A DNA stretch of 64,000 bases from Nannocystis bainbridge. Lineage in GTDB: Bacteria > Myxococcota_A > Polyangia > Nannocystales > Nannocystaceae. Under the pieces are notes generated by a model. It was given only the letters and a program-made list of their open reading frames with translations, made no database searches and was not told the DNA's origin. Shown here one piece after another: positions 10,601-19,537 of this stretch (position 1 is the first letter of the stretch; each line of letters opens with the position of its first letter). The position numbers and the translations under genes were made by a program. Where the stretch lies: the NCBI RefSeq assembly GCF_028368995.1, contig NZ_JAQNDL010000002.1:1216001-1280000 (forward strand), in the 5' to 3' direction.

Positions 10601-13600
10601 CACGCCGCCGGGCAAGGCCGCGGTGGCGCTGCTGCACACCATGGGCGGGCTGTGCGAGAGCCGGCTGGCCGACACGCGGCGGGCGATCGGCTGCTACCGC
10701 AACGCGATCGAGATCGACGCCAAGCACGGGCCGTCGCTGCACGCGCTGCAGCGGCTGCTCGAGCGCGGCAAGAGCTGGCAGGAGTTGGTCGACGTGCTCG
10801 AGGTCGAGCTGCGCGGGCTGTCGGAGCCGCGGGCCCGGGCGCAGGTGGCGTACCGGGTCGGCCGCGTGTACGAGGAGCACCTGACCGACGCGCCGCGGGC
10901 GGTGGTCGCCTACCAGGCGGCGCTGCAGGCTCTCGGCGACTATCGACCGGCGCTCGACGGCCTGGCCCGCGTGCGCGCGGCGCTCGAGGCATGGCCCGGG
11001 GTGGTCGAGGACCTGGCCCAAGAGGCAGCCACGGCCAAGGACGGATCGCTGGCGACCGCGGCGCTGCTGCGCGCCGGCGAGGTGTTCGCCGAGCAGCTCG
11101 GCCAGCCGGAGCGGGCCATCGCCGCCTACGAGCGGGTGCTCGAGCGCGAGCAGGGCAACCTCGCGGCGATGCTGGCCCTCGACGCGCTGTACCGCCAGCA
11201 GGGCATGTGGAAGTCGCTGGCCGACCTGCAGGTGCGGCTGTCGAAGCACGTCGGCGACGAGGGCGCCAAGGTGGCGGCGCTGCGCGAGCTGGCCCGCCTC
11301 TACGAGGGCCCGGTCGGCGCCGACATCGACACCATCCGCAACACCTACGGGGCGGTGCTGCAGCGCGCGCCCACCGATCCGGTCGCGCTCGCGGGGCTCG
11401 AGCGGCTGGCGCTCGCGGGGCGCGACGATCAGACGCTGGCCCGCATCGACGCCCAGATCGTCGGCATGGAGGGCGAGGACCCGACGCTGCTCGGCGCCTA
11501 CTACACGCGCCTCGGCGAGACGCTCGAGCGCGCCGGCTCGCTGCAAGCCGCGGCCAAGAGCTACGAGATGGCGCTCACCGGCGATCCAGAGAGCCTCGGG
11601 GCGATCCTCGGGCTCGTGCGCGTGTCGACGCTGATCGACGACCCGCGGGCGCTGGCGGCCGCCAAGGCGCGCCTGGCCGCGGCCGAGCGCAGCGGCGAGA
11701 CGGCGGCGGGCCTGCTGGTCGAGACGGCCAAGATCCGGCTGCAGCGGCTCGACGATCCGGAGGCCGCGACGCGGGACCTCGAGCTCGCGCTCGAGCGCTA
11801 CCCCGATCACGCCGAGGCCGCCGACATGCTCTACAAGATCCTGCTCATGCTCGAGCAGGGCACGCGCCTGCTCGAGAAGCTGTCGCAGGCGGCGGCGGCG
11901 GCCCGCGGGGCCGAGCGGTCGGCGGCGTTGTGGCTGCGGATCGCCGAGCTGTACGCCGACGAGCTCGGCAACCTGGCGGGCGGCATCAGCGTGTTGCGAC
12001 GTGTCCTTCGGGACAGGCCACGGCACGCGCCGATGTTGCTGTTCCTGGCCGACCTCTACAACCGCAACGCCCAGTGGGGCGACGCGGCCGAGATCTACGG
12101 CGAGATCCTGCAGGTCGCCAGCCAACCCGACGCGCTGTTCACCGCCAACCGCAACCTCGCCGGGCTGCTCGCCGATCACATCGGCGACCTGCCGCGCGCG
12201 CGTCAGTGCCTCGAAGCGGCGCTGCAGGTGCGGCCCGACGACCGCGGGGCGCTGCTGGCCCTCACCGACGTCTACGCCCGCATGGGCGACGGCGCGGCCG
12301 CGGCCGAGACGGCGCGGCGGCTGCTGCGGGCCTCGACGACCATCGACGACCGCGTGGCCGCGATCGTCCACCTCGCGCACATCGAGCTGCACCAGGGTCG
12401 CCGCATGCAGGGCCTCGAGGCGCTGCTCAGCGCGGTCGCGCTCGAGGGCCCCGACGGCGTCGCGGCCGGCGAGTACGCCAAGCAGGTCCAGTCCGCCGAC
12501 GACTGGGAGCTGTACGAGCAGGCGCTGATGCGGCACCTGCAGCAGGTCGCCGGCGACGACGCCAAGCTCGGGCGCGCTTACCTCGAGCTGGCGCGCGTGC
12601 AGGGCGAGGCGATGCAGCGCTCGGACAAGGCGATCGCCACGCTCGAGTTCGGCATCGCCGAGGTCAAGCAGAACCTCTCGCTGCGGCTCGCGCTCGGCGA
12701 GCGCCTGCGGGCCCAGGGCCTGGCCGATCAAGCCGGCGCCGTGTTCCGCCAGGCCGCAGGGTTCTACCCCGCGTCGCCCGATCCGTGGCGCGGGCTCGTG
12801 CAGTGCTACGTCGACCGCGGCAAGATGGCCGAGGCCGCGCTCGGGCTCGGGCCGCTGTGCGTGCTCGGAGCCGCGAGCGAGTCGGACATGCGGGCGCTGA
12901 GCCGCATGACCCCCAAGCCGGCGTCGGCGGCCCCGAACTCGTTCGCGCCCGAGGTGCTGCGGACCCACCTCGACCGCAGCCAGCAGGGCGCGGTCGCCGA
13001 GAAGCTCATCAACGCGATCAGCCTCAGCCTCAGCAAGCTGTACCTCGGAGACCTCACTCGCTTCAGCGTCAACGTGAAGGAGAAGATCACGGCGCGCTCG
13101 GGCAACCCGCTGCGCGCGTTCGTCGACAAGATCGCGGGGCTGTTCGGCCTGCCGGACTACGACCTCTACGTCTATCGCGGCGCCGGCACCACGGTCAGCC
13201 TCGAGTTCGGCGCGCTGCCGGTGGTGCTCGTGCCGGCCACGGTGCTGCGGCTGTCCGAGCCGCAGCAGGCGTTCGTCATCGCGCGGGCGCTCGCCTACGT
13301 GCAGCGCGGGCTGCAGGCTGTGACCCGCTTCAAGGCCTCCGAGTTGATGCTGATCCTCGCCGCCGCGGCCCGCACCGCCGCGCCCAACTACGGCTCGAAC
13401 CTCGCCGATCCGAGCGCGCTCGACGACCTCCAGCGGCGCATCGTCAAGGTGCTCGGGCGGCGCGAGCGGCAGGTGCTGCAGGACGTCTCGGCCGAATACG
13501 CTCAGTCGGCGCCGGTCGACTTCCATGCGTGGTACGCCGACCTCAAGACGACGTCGCTGCGCGCCGCGGCGCTCATCGCCGCCGACCTGCCGTCGTGTGC

Positions 13601-13751
13601 GGCCTTGCTGCGACAGGAGGACCAGGCGCTGCTGTACCTCGAGGGCGAGGAGCTCGTGTTCAACTCCGAGGTCATTGCCGACCTCCTGCGCTTCTGGTGC
13701 AGCGAGGGGGCGATCGATCTGCGCCGTCGCACCGGCCTCCTGTCGGGGTAA
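7698..13751 (+). CDS. Giant tetratricopeptide-repeat protein with Pro-rich N-terminus (myxobacterial AgmK-like TPR family)
   Basis: Probable GTG start (VAQQDDKGG); dozens of TPR-like helices (e.g. AMEWYEAALEIEPAYRPSLRALSKLL); strong GC3 bias in this frame. Confidence 0.85.
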   Translation: MAQQDDKGGKPASTPGRPPITLPGGPLRDDEIPRDPADLFDAIIVDERATGLGVAARPGAIPPMPTMPPMEVDIDEEIELQADEPARPPSRPVPPAPRAPEIKADKPEPSKPAPAPTRPEPSRPFAKLSEPKPAAESGKPAPPTFGAGGLGKSLGSMPMRGVSRPTPALGNTTLIGSGPTAKAPSQPQPAAPGSPLVVPPGRRPDESGTRKTVADDLEVDLESDVPAAAPSIDVLAVTARDGEIDPAVVQAARAEVPRASESATRLSNPDTTPRPGPAAPMPEALRTRLLARGAPPPGPRGQAPSDRSPVPGAPGQVLGDRSSGPAPLAPGEPPRSRTTPMSGPSGVPATGARGPSGPVTRTISSPAMAAENPFLRAAQAQIEAWEAELATQPDLFRAARLSYEIGRLYEYPLGDVVQAGTYYLRAHGLAPEFLPVVRGARRSLLAQKNWSRALPLFDTEIRLTSEQKRKAALLAAKATVLLDGLANDGEARATFAQARDLDPSNVAYLRALEQLDAKAGAWDQLERTTAQLASAVEKDPRLRSALVARRAHLAEVRLKSVGSSVELLETALDLDPAASGAFAALKRLHHGQHRWRELISVLEREAQQLGDPDVRAMSYYRIARLHSERLGSRDKAIAALERSVAESPRYRLVLEELIRLYEAAERYDAMTHTLQALVELLELPSEKISVLYQIGDIVEHRLHNEDEAMEWYEAALEIEPAYRPSLRALSKLLTRKKQWDRLLHMLQAEAEAVNDGTRAAAAYTKMAEIHEVQLEDPERAMEYHSRALTLHPGLATAFKALLRLFAASGRHHELIELLERGIDSAEEDDRRIAYLTRIADLYVDYLNEPVQAAHTYRRILKIDPDHIGAIHALQRACELAGRYKELVEAIELEASKTLDKPRIVQLLHRAGEVLDEKLDDRDGALVRLRRVLEVDPKYAPALASIGRLYHRTGRWDELLHTYERELAITPPGKAAVALLHTMGGLCESRLADTRRAIGCYRNAIEIDAKHGPSLHALQRLLERGKSWQELVDVLEVELRGLSEPRARAQVAYRVGRVYEEHLTDAPRAVVAYQAALQALGDYRPALDGLARVRAALEAWPGVVEDLAQEAATAKDGSLATAALLRAGEVFAEQLGQPERAIAAYERVLEREQGNLAAMLALDALYRQQGMWKSLADLQVRLSKHVGDEGAKVAALRELARLYEGPVGADIDTIRNTYGAVLQRAPTDPVALAGLERLALAGRDDQTLARIDAQIVGMEGEDPTLLGAYYTRLGETLERAGSLQAAAKSYEMALTGDPESLGAILGLVRVSTLIDDPRALAAAKARLAAAERSGETAAGLLVETAKIRLQRLDDPEAATRDLELALERYPDHAEAADMLYKILLMLEQGTRLLEKLSQAAAAARGAERSAALWLRIAELYADELGNLAGGISVLRRVLRDRPRHAPMLLFLADLYNRNAQWGDAAEIYGEILQVASQPDALFTANRNLAGLLADHIGDLPRARQCLEAALQVRPDDRGALLALTDVYARMGDGAAAAETARRLLRASTTIDDRVAAIVHLAHIELHQGRRMQGLEALLSAVALEGPDGVAAGEYAKQVQSADDWELYEQALMRHLQQVAGDDAKLGRAYLELARVQGEAMQRSDKAIATLEFGIAEVKQNLSLRLALGERLRAQGLADQAGAVFRQAAGFYPASPDPWRGLVQCYVDRGKMAEAALGLGPLCVLGAASESDMRALSRMTPKPASAAPNSFAPEVLRTHLDRSQQGAVAEKLINAISLSLSKLYLGDLTRFSVNVKEKITARSGNPLRAFVDKIAGLFGLPDYDLYVYRGAGTTVSLEFGALPVVLVPATVLRLSEPQQAFVIARALAYVQRGLQAVTRFKASELMLILAAAARTAAPNYGSNLADPSALDDLQRRIVKVLGRRERQVLQDVSAEYAQSAPVDFHAWYADLKTTSLRAAALIAADLPSCAALLRQEDQALLYLEGEELVFNSEVIADLLRFWCSEGAIDLRRRTGLLSG
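8599..8682. repeat. 14-bp-phased array (6 units) inside the TPR CDS
   Basis: gacaggctccttcg / gacaggtcccctgt / gccaggtgctccag / gacaggtccttggg / gacaggtcctcggg / gccagc... at 8599, 8613, 8627, 8641, 8655, 8669. Confidence 0.85.
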
Positions 13752-13773
13752 CATCCCCGGCCGGAGGTTGGAC

Positions 13774-15093
13774 ATGACATATCGCGGAACGTGGATCGCG
13801 GCGGCCGTCCTGGCCGTCGCGTGCGGTGGAGGCGGGGGTAGCACGTCGGAGGGCGAGGCGACCGCCGCCACGACGGATGGCACCGGGGCTGGCCCGACGA
13901 CCATGTCTTCCGAGACAGGTTCGACCGCCGGGCCGACCACCGACGGGCCGACCACCGCGGGGCCGACGACGGTCGGACCGACGACGAGCGGGCCGACGAC
14001 GACCGACCCGACGACGGACACCACGGCGGGGCCGACCACCGACCCGGGCACCGGCACCGACACGACCGGGCCCGACACGACCACCGGCGCGGGCGACGAC
14101 AGCACCCTGTGCGCGTCGCAGGCCGAGGGCCTGTTCTTCCCGGCCGACGCGATCTGGTACCACGACGCCTCGAACGATCCGGTCGCGTCCGACTCGAACG
14201 CGATCACGCAGTGGATGGTGCAGAACTCGCCGCCGAACGGGTGGGGCACCGGGACGATGCGGATCGACTTCAGCATCACCGCCATCGACGCCCCGGCCGG
14301 GACCGAGAAGCGCACCTACGAGCTCGACAACGACTTCTACTACTCGCCCGACTGCGACGTCGCCCCGATCCCGCTGCCACCCGGCGGCGTGGTCGAGGAC
14401 TACCCGCAGGACATCCCGCCGCCCGACAGCTTCGAGGGCTACGACTGCAGCGGCTACCAGGACGGCGCCGACTGCCACATGATCGTGGTGTCGCGCAGCG
14501 AGCAGCGGCTCTACGAGATTTACCACGCGACCGTCGACGCGCAGTCGGACCAGTTCACCGCCGGCTGCCTCGCGCTGTGGGACACCTCGAAGACCTACGA
14601 CCTCGACGGCCGCGGCCAGCAGTGCACCAGCGCCGACGCGGCCGGCTTCCCGATCGCGCCGCTGCTGTTCTCGGCCGAGGAGGTCGCCGCCGGCGAGATC
14701 AACCACGCGATCCGGTTCATCCTGCCCAACTCGATGATCCGGGCCAAGAAGTACGTCGCGCCCGCGACCCACGGCACCAACACCACCGGGCCGATGAATT
14801 CGATCCCGTACGGCGGCCACATGCGCCTGCGCGCCGACTACCCGCTCGACAACCTCAGCCCCGGCGCGCAGGTGGTCGCCAGGGCGATGCAGAAGTACGG
14901 CATGTACATGTCGGACGGCGGCAACATCGCCCTGACCGCGCAGAGCGACGTGTACGGCTGCGCGACCTGGGCCGACGTCGGCGTCGATCCGCAGTCGCTC
15001 GCCGACCTCAAGGCCACCGACTTCGAGATCATCGATCACGGGCCGACGATCGACGTGACCTACGAGTGCGAGCGGACGCCCATCATGGAATAG
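13774..15093 (+). CDS. Lipoprotein with Thr/Gly/Pro linker and an uncharacterised globular domain
   Basis: GGAGG RBS; lipobox LAVAC; (GPTT)n linker; domain with SADAAGFP, GEINHAIRF and MQKYGMYMSDGG. Confidence 0.85.
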   Translation: MTYRGTWIAAAVLAVACGGGGGSTSEGEATAATTDGTGAGPTTMSSETGSTAGPTTDGPTTAGPTTVGPTTSGPTTTDPTTDTTAGPTTDPGTGTDTTGPDTTTGAGDDSTLCASQAEGLFFPADAIWYHDASNDPVASDSNAITQWMVQNSPPNGWGTGTMRIDFSITAIDAPAGTEKRTYELDNDFYYSPDCDVAPIPLPPGGVVEDYPQDIPPPDSFEGYDCSGYQDGADCHMIVVSRSEQRLYEIYHATVDAQSDQFTAGCLALWDTSKTYDLDGRGQQCTSADAAGFPIAPLLFSAEEVAAGEINHAIRFILPNSMIRAKKYVAPATHGTNTTGPMNSIPYGGHMRLRADYPLDNLSPGAQVVARAMQKYGMYMSDGGNIALTAQSDVYGCATWADVGVDPQSLADLKATDFEIIDHGPTIDVTYECERTPIME

Positions 15094-15114
15094 GGCGCCC
15101 GCCGCGGCGCGGGT

Positions 15115-17112
15115 TCACGGCGCGCCGTGGACCCACTTCGACCACGCGAGCAGGACGTCCGCGGCGGCGTCGAGCTTGCTGAAGGTCTCGACGCCGATCG
15201 AGTTGGTCTCCTCGTAGTGGTCGCCCTCGGCCTCGCTGACCCACGGCGGATCGCCGAGCACGAAGTCGTACTCGGGCAAGATGTAGCCGAGCTCGTCGTT
15301 GCCCATGCCGACGATGAAGCGGTAGGTCCCGTGCATCTTGTCCTTGAGGTACGGCCCGTCGGGCGCCTCGAGCAGGTTGGGCGGGTTGGTGTTGTTGGGG
15401 TCGACGAGCGGCTTGGTCGGCGCGTGGATGTGGCTGCCGTCGTAGCCGCCGATCGCCAGCTCGGGGAACAGCTCGCCCGGCACGGTGAGGAACTGCGCCG
15501 GTCCGAGGTTGATGAGCGCCGCCTCGGTGCTGATGTAGAGGCCGTCCATCTCCATGAACGTCTCGCGGTCGAAGATGCCGAGCTGGAACATGGCCTGGAA
15601 GTTGAGGTTGTCGACCCTGAGCTTGAACAGGTGCGCCTGCAGATCGAGCTGCGGCGCGGCGATGGTGTCGCCGTTGGCGAGCGCGTCGAGGGCCATCTCG
15701 CCGAGCAGCTGACCGATCGCGTCGGCCTTCTCGAACGAGGCCGACTGGTAGGTCTCGCCGTCGGGCGTCTTCACGGCCATGCCGAGCGGCGTCATCAGGC
15801 CGCCGACGGCCGCGTTGAGGAACAGGCACGGGCCGCCGACGCCGGGCTTGCCGGGCGCCTGCAGCCACTGGCTGCCCTGCTCGAGCGTGCGCCGCAGGCC
15901 GTGGGCGAAGTCGCTGGTCATCAGCGTGTTCTCGTCGGACAGCGCCTCCGGGTGGTTGCCGAAGCTGACGAGGCTGGCGATCGTGTTGGCCTCGGCGTCG
16001 ACCAGCTGGACCGCGCCGATCATCTCGTCGACGACGAACGGATCGCGGCTGTCGTTGATGACGTTGCCGACGCCGTTGGCGTGGTACGTCGAGGTGTCGA
16101 CCTCGCCGACGACCATCTGCGTGACCTCGACCTTGGCCTCGTCGGCGGCGACGATGGCGTCGACGATCGCCTGGCGCACCTGCGTGCGGTAGGCCGGGTC
16201 GTAGCCGCTGACGAGCTGCTCCGGGCCCCACAGGCCCATGGTGTCGGGGCCCTCGTGGTTGTGCAGCGCGTGCAGCAGGACGTAGTCGACCTCGAGGCCC
16301 ATCTGCGCCAGCGTGTCGCGGATCGCCATGGTCTCGTTGTTGAAGAAGCCGACGAGGTCGAGGGTGACGATCGCCAGCTTGGTGTTGCCCTGCTCGAGCA
16401 CGAGCGCGCGGGCCCACAGGCCGTCGCCCTCGCCGACGAGGCCGAGGCCCTCGCCGCGCACGCCGGTCGCCGGGCGGCCGTTGTGGAAGCCGGCCAGCCA
16501 GCTGGCCTGGAACTCGCCGTCGTCCTCGCCGTCGTCGGCGGCGACGTAGCCGGGATCGCCGGGGCACAGGCGATCGCAGCCGCAGTCGCGGAACACCTCG
16601 CCCGGCGGCTCGTACTCGGCGTCGGCGTCGAGGTCGGTCCACGCCTCGAAGCAGCCCGGCACGATCGACAGCACCGACGCGCCCGCCAGCAGCACGGCGT
16701 CGGGCACCGGATCGCAGTGACCGTCGGGATCTCCGGGACACACGAGATCGGGCACCACGTCGGGCGGCGGCGGCCCGTCGGTGTCGGTGTCGCCGGTCGT
16801 CGTCGTCGTCGTGGATGTGGAGGTGGTGGTCGTCGTCGTCGACGGATCGACGGTCGTCGCCGTCGGGTCCGTGGTCGTCGTGGTGGTCGTCGTCGAAGTG
16901 ACGGCGTCGGTGGTGGTCGGCGTGCCGGTGGTGGTCGGACCGTCGGTGCTCCACGTCGCGCTCTCGGTGGTCGTGGAGGTCGGCGGCGGGTCGCTCGTCG
17001 TGGTCGAAGACGAGGAGCTCGAGGAGGTGTCGGTGTCGGTGGCCGCGGCGGTCGAGTCGCCGCAGGCCAGCGGGAATACGGCAAGCGTGAGGAGAAGCGG
17101 GCGAGATATCAT
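15115..17112 (-). CDS. Lipoprotein, neutral/alkaline ceramidase-like metallohydrolase
   Basis: Lipobox PLAC; poly-Thr linker; LWARALVLE, HALHNHEGPDTMGLWG, NHPE, SDF, TVPGELFPE and GNDELGYI motifs. Confidence 0.75.
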   Translation of the reverse strand: MISRPLLLTLAVFPLACGDSTAAATDTDTSSSSSSSTTTSDPPPTSTTTESATWSTDGPTTTGTPTTTDAVTSTTTTTTTTDPTATTVDPSTTTTTTSTSTTTTTTGDTDTDGPPPPDVVPDLVCPGDPDGHCDPVPDAVLLAGASVLSIVPGCFEAWTDLDADAEYEPPGEVFRDCGCDRLCPGDPGYVAADDGEDDGEFQASWLAGFHNGRPATGVRGEGLGLVGEGDGLWARALVLEQGNTKLAIVTLDLVGFFNNETMAIRDTLAQMGLEVDYVLLHALHNHEGPDTMGLWGPEQLVSGYDPAYRTQVRQAIVDAIVAADEAKVEVTQMVVGEVDTSTYHANGVGNVINDSRDPFVVDEMIGAVQLVDAEANTIASLVSFGNHPEALSDENTLMTSDFAHGLRRTLEQGSQWLQAPGKPGVGGPCLFLNAAVGGLMTPLGMAVKTPDGETYQSASFEKADAIGQLLGEMALDALANGDTIAAPQLDLQAHLFKLRVDNLNFQAMFQLGIFDRETFMEMDGLYISTEAALINLGPAQFLTVPGELFPELAIGGYDGSHIHAPTKPLVDPNNTNPPNLLEAPDGPYLKDKMHGTYRFIVGMGNDELGYILPEYDFVLGDPPWVSEAEGDHYEETNSIGVETFSKLDAAADVLLAWSKWVHGAP

Positions 17113-17280
17113 CACGGCGCATCGTAGCCGAGCCCGCCCGCGCCCGGGCCGCGCGCGCGTGAGAACAGGCGAGGGCTCGGCGGGCGCGGGCGATTCGACA
17201 GGGCCGAACGGACATGTCCTTGGGGACATGTGATCGGCTGAGCTTGCGCACGGGCGCGGCTCCGCTACGTTGACGCCGTC

Positions 17281-17850
17281 ATGGCCCGACGCGCGCTCGT
17301 CCTCTCCTGCGGCCTGCTGGCCTGCCAGCCCAAACCCGAGCCCGGCGGCGGCGATCCGACGCCGGCCAACGGGATGACCCTCGAGTCGGAGGCGTTCGCC
17401 GCGGGCGCGTCGATCCCGAGCGAGTACACCTGCGAGGGCCGCGACATCTCGCCACCGCTGCGCTGGTCGGGCGTGCCGGCGGCGGCCCGGAGCCTGGCGC
17501 TGATCGTGACCGACCCCGACGCGCCCGACCCGGCCGCGCCGCAGACGACCTTCACCCACTGGATCCTCGTCGACCTGCCGCCGACCGACGGCGCGCTGCC
17601 GGCAGGCGTGACGGCCGATCGGCTGCCCGCGGGGGCGCGCGAGGGCACCAACGATTTTGGGCGCGTCGGCTACGGCGGGCCGTGTCCGCCGGTCGGTCGC
17701 CATCGCTACTTCCACACGCTCTACGCGCTCGACACGACGCTGCCGTCGCTGCGAGCACCCACCCGCGGGGCGCTCGAGCAGGCGATGGCCGGGCACGTGC
17801 TGGCCAGGGCCGAGCGAATGGGCACGTACCAAAAGCGCGAGGCCGAGTGA
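17281..17850 (+). CDS. YbhB/YbcL family (PEBP/RKIP-like) lipoprotein
   Basis: YTCEGRDISPPLRW, DPDAP, FTHW and YGGPCPPVGRHRYFHTLYALD motifs. Confidence 0.95.
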   Translation: MARRALVLSCGLLACQPKPEPGGGDPTPANGMTLESEAFAAGASIPSEYTCEGRDISPPLRWSGVPAAARSLALIVTDPDAPDPAAPQTTFTHWILVDLPPTDGALPAGVTADRLPAGAREGTNDFGRVGYGGPCPPVGRHRYFHTLYALDTTLPSLRAPTRGALEQAMAGHVLARAERMGTYQKREAE

Positions 17851-17989
17851 GCGGGTCTGCGCGCGTGTCGGGCTGTCGCGGCGGGCGGCGGGCCGCTGAC
17901 AAACTGTCACGCGCACCGGTGGGGCGAGGCGAGGGGAGACGCGGAGATCGGCGAATCGCGGCTGGTGCGGATCTTGCCTCGAGGTCGGT

Positions 17990-18988
17990 GTGACGCCTCG
18001 CCTCGCGCTGCTGCCCGTCTGCCTCGGCCTGCTACTGGGCTGCGGCGACGCGACGGCCGAGCCGGAGGTCGCGCTCGAGGCGGCGCCGACGAACCTCGAG
18101 GCGGCGGTGGAGCCGGGCCCGGCCCCGGTCGCCTGCGAGGGCTGTGCGAACGGACATGTCCCCGAGGACAGCATCGAGGAGACCGAGCTGCCGCTGACGC
18201 TGCTCGCCACCACCGCGGCGGCCGACCCCGCGAGCAGCCAGGCGACCATCCGCGACGATCCGAGCGGCGTGATCCGGGTGTTCCGCGTCGGCGACCTGGT
18301 GTGGGACGGCACCACGATCGCGGCGGTCGAGCGCGGCGCGGTGATCCTGGCCCGCGCCGGCCAGCGAGAGCGCCTGGCCATGGGGACAGGTACGGTCGAG
18401 CTGCGAGCGACCGACGTCTACTACCCCGATCTGTTCGCCGACGAGGACTTCGCCGGCGTGCTGGCGCAGGGCGTCAAGCTGCCCCCGGGGCCAGGTTACG
18501 TGGTCAAGAACGAGGACCATGCGTGGGGCACGCCGCGGACGGTGCGGCTGCTGCAGGAGACGATCCGCGCTTACACGCGCGGCGGTCGCGGCGGGCCGAA
18601 GGTCCACGTCGGTGACATCAGCCTGCACGGCGGCGGCGTGTTCCCCCCGCACCTCTCGCACCGTCACGGGCGCGACGTCGACGTCGGCTACGTGCTCAAG
18701 GGCGGCGACGCCGACGTGACGCGGTTCGTGGTGGCGAACCGCGACAACCTCGACGTCGCGCGCTCCTGGGCGCTGATCGAGGCGGTGCTGGCCACCGATC
18801 AGGTCCACTACGTGTTCATGGACTACGGCCTGCAGAAGCTGTTCTACGAGCACGCCGTGACCGCGGGGATCAGCGCGCGCCGCCTCAACGAGGTGTTCCA
18901 GTACCCGCGCGGCGAGGGTGCTTCGGCCGGCGTCATCCGTCACTGGCGCGGGCACCGGAATCACTTCCACGTCCGCTTCCGCGAGTGA
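17990..18988 (+). CDS. Lipoprotein with a GspC/PilP-like beta domain and a penicillin-insensitive murein endopeptidase (MepA-like) domain
   Basis: Lipobox LLGC; WGT, VGDIS..GG...PHLSHRHGRDVDVGY and HRNHFHVR (LAS-type Zn peptidase). Confidence 0.8.
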   Translation: MTPRLALLPVCLGLLLGCGDATAEPEVALEAAPTNLEAAVEPGPAPVACEGCANGHVPEDSIEETELPLTLLATTAAADPASSQATIRDDPSGVIRVFRVGDLVWDGTTIAAVERGAVILARAGQRERLAMGTGTVELRATDVYYPDLFADEDFAGVLAQGVKLPPGPGYVVKNEDHAWGTPRTVRLLQETIRAYTRGGRGGPKVHVGDISLHGGGVFPPHLSHRHGRDVDVGYVLKGGDADVTRFVVANRDNLDVARSWALIEAVLATDQVHYVFMDYGLQKLFYEHAVTAGISARRLNEVFQYPRGEGASAGVIRHWRGHRNHFHVRFRE

Positions 18989-19219
18989 GCGAGTGCGACC
19001 GCGAACAGAGGAGTGACGCGCCACGCGTGTCGCTCCGGTGAAGCGGTGATGCGGAAGGCGAGCGCGGCTCGCCGCGGGGGGCGACAGCGGCGGCTTCTGT
19101 CGTGCGTCTCCGGCTCGGCAGCTCCCGATCGCGGCCCGACGAAGCGGTGAGACGGAGCGCACGCGGGTCGCGTCGCGCCGGTCGCGCGAGCCGTGCACCG
19201 CGGTCATCTTGAGGTCTGG

Positions 19220-19474
19220 ATGACTGGCGTCGACGTGCACGCGCTCGCGCTCGAGAAGGTCGGGCGGGTCCTGGGACCCGGCCGCGCGCGGACGCTGCTG
19301 CAGGCGTTCCTCGCCCGCGCGGACAAGCTCGCGCTGGTGACCACGGACGATCTGCAGGCGTTCGGCGAGGCCCTCGGCGCTCACGGGGGCATCGAGCAGG
19401 CGGTCGGCGCGCTGTTGATGGTCCAGGCCGTGCTCATCGAGACCGCCGAGCCGCCGCCCGGTCCGCCGCGCTGA
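19220..19474 (+). CDS. Small hypothetical protein
   Basis: GAGG RBS before the ATG at 19220; helical 84-aa product; typical codon usage. Confidence 0.6.
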   Translation: MTGVDVHALALEKVGRVLGPGRARTLLQAFLARADKLALVTTDDLQAFGEALGAHGGIEQAVGALLMVQAVLIETAEPPPGPPR

Positions 19475-19537
19475 CGACCGACCCGCGTCGGGCCGGGCTT
19501 GCCGCCGGCGGTCCTCGGCCTCAGTCTGTCGCCCCCG

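Noticed and set aside
7389-14315. Upstream 2300 aa of the 2923-aa minus-strand ORF
   Set aside because: Antisense shadow of the TPR and lipoprotein genes in high-GC DNA; only 5544-7388 has recognisable domains.
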